Of a stretch of DNA of 64,000 bases, positions 62,458-64,000 are shown in pieces. The position numbers and the translations under genes were made by a program. The notes under the pieces were generated by a model. That model was not told the DNA's origin, ran no database searches, and worked only from the letters and a program-made list of their open reading frames with translations. The DNA comes from Rhodosorus marinus CCMP1338 (lineage: Eukaryota; Plantae; Rhodophyta), in assembly GCA_029953675.1 (NCBI GenBank), contig JAMWBK010000004.1, forward strand, positions 2,542,001 to 2,606,000, given 5' to 3'. Within the stretch, counting starts at the first letter, position 1; every line of letters begins with the position of its first letter.

Positions 62458-62961
62458 ATGGTTGTAAATCATTATGAGGTTTTGGGTGTTGCCATGGACG
62501 CCGATGAAACCGCAGTGAAGAAGGCGTTCAGGTCGCTTTCACTGAAGTACCACCCTGACAGGACAAGGTCGAACGATGCGGCGGACTTTCAGAGGCTAAG
62601 GACAGCGTATGAAGTCATATCTTCATCTGAACTCCGTCTAGAGTATGACGCTGCACTTTTTCGTAGGTCCCATTCATTAGTTGATGCGAAAACTGGCTCG
62701 TTATGGAATGATGATTCCAATGTACTCAACGTTGTGGCATGTTTCGGTGTCTTTGTAGAAGTTCAGCAGAGAATTGTATCCGACGAACTATTCCTGAGTG
62801 AGATGGAAGAGACAACCGTGAATAACGCTCGGGCTTGGTGCTCACCATGTCGCTGTGGAGGATCCTATACTGTGACGGATGCGGATTTACGTTTGGGCAT
62901 TAATATCGTCGGATGTGATACATGCAGTCTCGCAATTGAACTTATCGATGCGGTGAAGTAG
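62458..62961 (+). CDS. DPH4: DPH4/DNAJC24: J-domain + CSL zinc finger (diphthamide biosynthesis)
   Basis: NHYEVLGV...KYHPDR...[21 protein letters not shown] (J-domain with HPD), then LFLSEM...CRCGGSY...GCDTCSL. A probable in-frame intron at about 62663-62758. Confidence 0.92.
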   Translation: MVVNHYEVLGVAMDADETAVKKAFRSLSLKYHPDRTRSNDAADFQRLRTAYEVISSSELRLEYDAALFRRSHSLVDAKTGSLWNDDSNVLNVVACFGVFVEVQQRIVSDELFLSEMEETTVNNARAWCSPCRCGGSYTVTDADLRLGINIVGCDTCSLAIELIDAVK

Positions 62962-62967
62962 CGGGGT

Positions 62968-63168
62968 TCATTCGTAGTCCAGCCGATATCTTTTTCTACG
63001 GTTTTCCCCGGTACCAAATTGCTGAGGGACCCTTAAAGAATCCAGCTTGCCTTCGTCGTGTCGAATATTGTGTTTAAGGCAATGTTCCGGCAAAAGTTCC
63101 AATCTTCTCGTTGGAAATGCTTGTTTCTTGAAATGCTGCATGCTACCCGTAGGAAGCTCGGGCTGCAC
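62968..63168 (-). CDS. Possible 3' exon of an unidentified minus-strand gene convergent on DPH4
   Basis: Short open frame ending RRKRYRLDYE* just downstream of the DPH4 stop. Upstream exons were not resolved. Confidence 0.2.
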   Translation of the reverse strand: MQPELPTGSMQHFKKQAFPTRRLELLPEHCLKHNIRHDEGKLDSLRVPQQFGTGENRRKRYRLDYE

Positions 63169-64000
63169 GCGCTTCTACAAGCTCACACGAATCCCTCGGA
63201 CAGGCATTCTTCAGCTGTCATCGATAGGGATTAGCGGAGAAGAAGAAAATGTCACACGTTGCACAGAGAGTTTTTCAAGCTTGTACGTTTTGATATGTTG
63301 TTGGAATGCGTGCTGATACCGGGGCTTGCTAGAGTTCTCCGCGATCTCTATGCTATGCATCGTTCGTAATTTCTAGATTACCCAAGTAGAACTGGACGAG
63401 ACCTGAACCCGAGCCTGATGAACCTGAGAGCTCTGATTGGAGTCTGCCTGATAGCCCCAAATCGGATTAAACAAGAAGATGCTTGTCTTCGCGACGAAGT
63501 TGTTTTGCCCTGGTCAGGCTTAAAATAGTGCCGACTTTTGAGCCTTTCGAAGGAAGTCCTTCCGACTGAGGTTCACATGCGCGATACCTCTTGTCTGATG
63601 AGGGAAGCTGAGGAATCTCTAGAGCACTTGTGGACAATGCCCAATTTCTTCCCGCTAAAAGGGGAGGCGGTCAATTTTATCTGCTTTCCTTTACAGAGCC
63701 AAATCTGACCCAGAAATGCGTGCTTGACTTATGTCAGCAAGCGGTTCCTAACACCTCTTCGTTCCAAAATCAAAATGATACATCTCTGTGCAAGTTATGC
63801 GTGTGAAATGAGTTTCCGCTGTGTAAGCTGGCGGTTGGAGTAGGCGGAGAACCTCTGTTGATCCATTCTCGGAGATACTTTCAGAGGCAGGTTATTGTGC
63901 ATTCCATTGCCTCTCTATATATTAAACCTCGCACTAAATTCATCACTTCTAGAGTTTGAGTCTTCCGTTGAGGTTTTGCTGAAAACTGATCAAAACTTCA

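Overview
Gene-dense eukaryotic nuclear DNA with many short (about 40-110 nt) GT-AG introns, short AT-rich intergenic spacers and G/T-rich leaders on the sense strand. Plastid transit peptides of the M..GFV type and a twin-arginine lumen signal point to a photosynthetic alga, most plausibly an intron-rich red alga (inference, not proven). Recognisable genes in order: NDR/Cbk1-type AGC kinase, CRT/CLT-family transporter, stand-alone CBM48 protein, GPR89/GTG, Tas-type aldo-keto reductase, carnosine-synthase-like ATP-grasp ligase, plastid TauE/SafE transporter, intronless PNPOx-like/FNR-like flavoprotein, WSCD-type sulfotransferase-like protein, intronless SelD-N-terminus-like FAD oxidoreductase, temptin-cytochrome b561 fusion, atypical sirtuin, lumen-targeted CreA protein, mitochondrial ClpX, ATP11, three-RRM RBP45/47-type protein, Prp43/DHX15 and DPH4. 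At 26.3-27.7 kb there is a degenerate LTR-retrotransposon remnant in which Ty1/copia RT-start and RNase H-end/PPT/LTR pieces flank a Ty3/gypsy-type integrase fragment. Several segments (about 3.3-4.1, 5.8-7.7, 9.7-11.6, 14.6-16.4, 20-21.6, 45-45.6, 51.9-52.3, 61.4-62.5 and 63-64 kb) look transcribed or exon-like but could not be assigned. All gene models were assembled by eye, all family calls rest on remembered motifs, and no database search was run.
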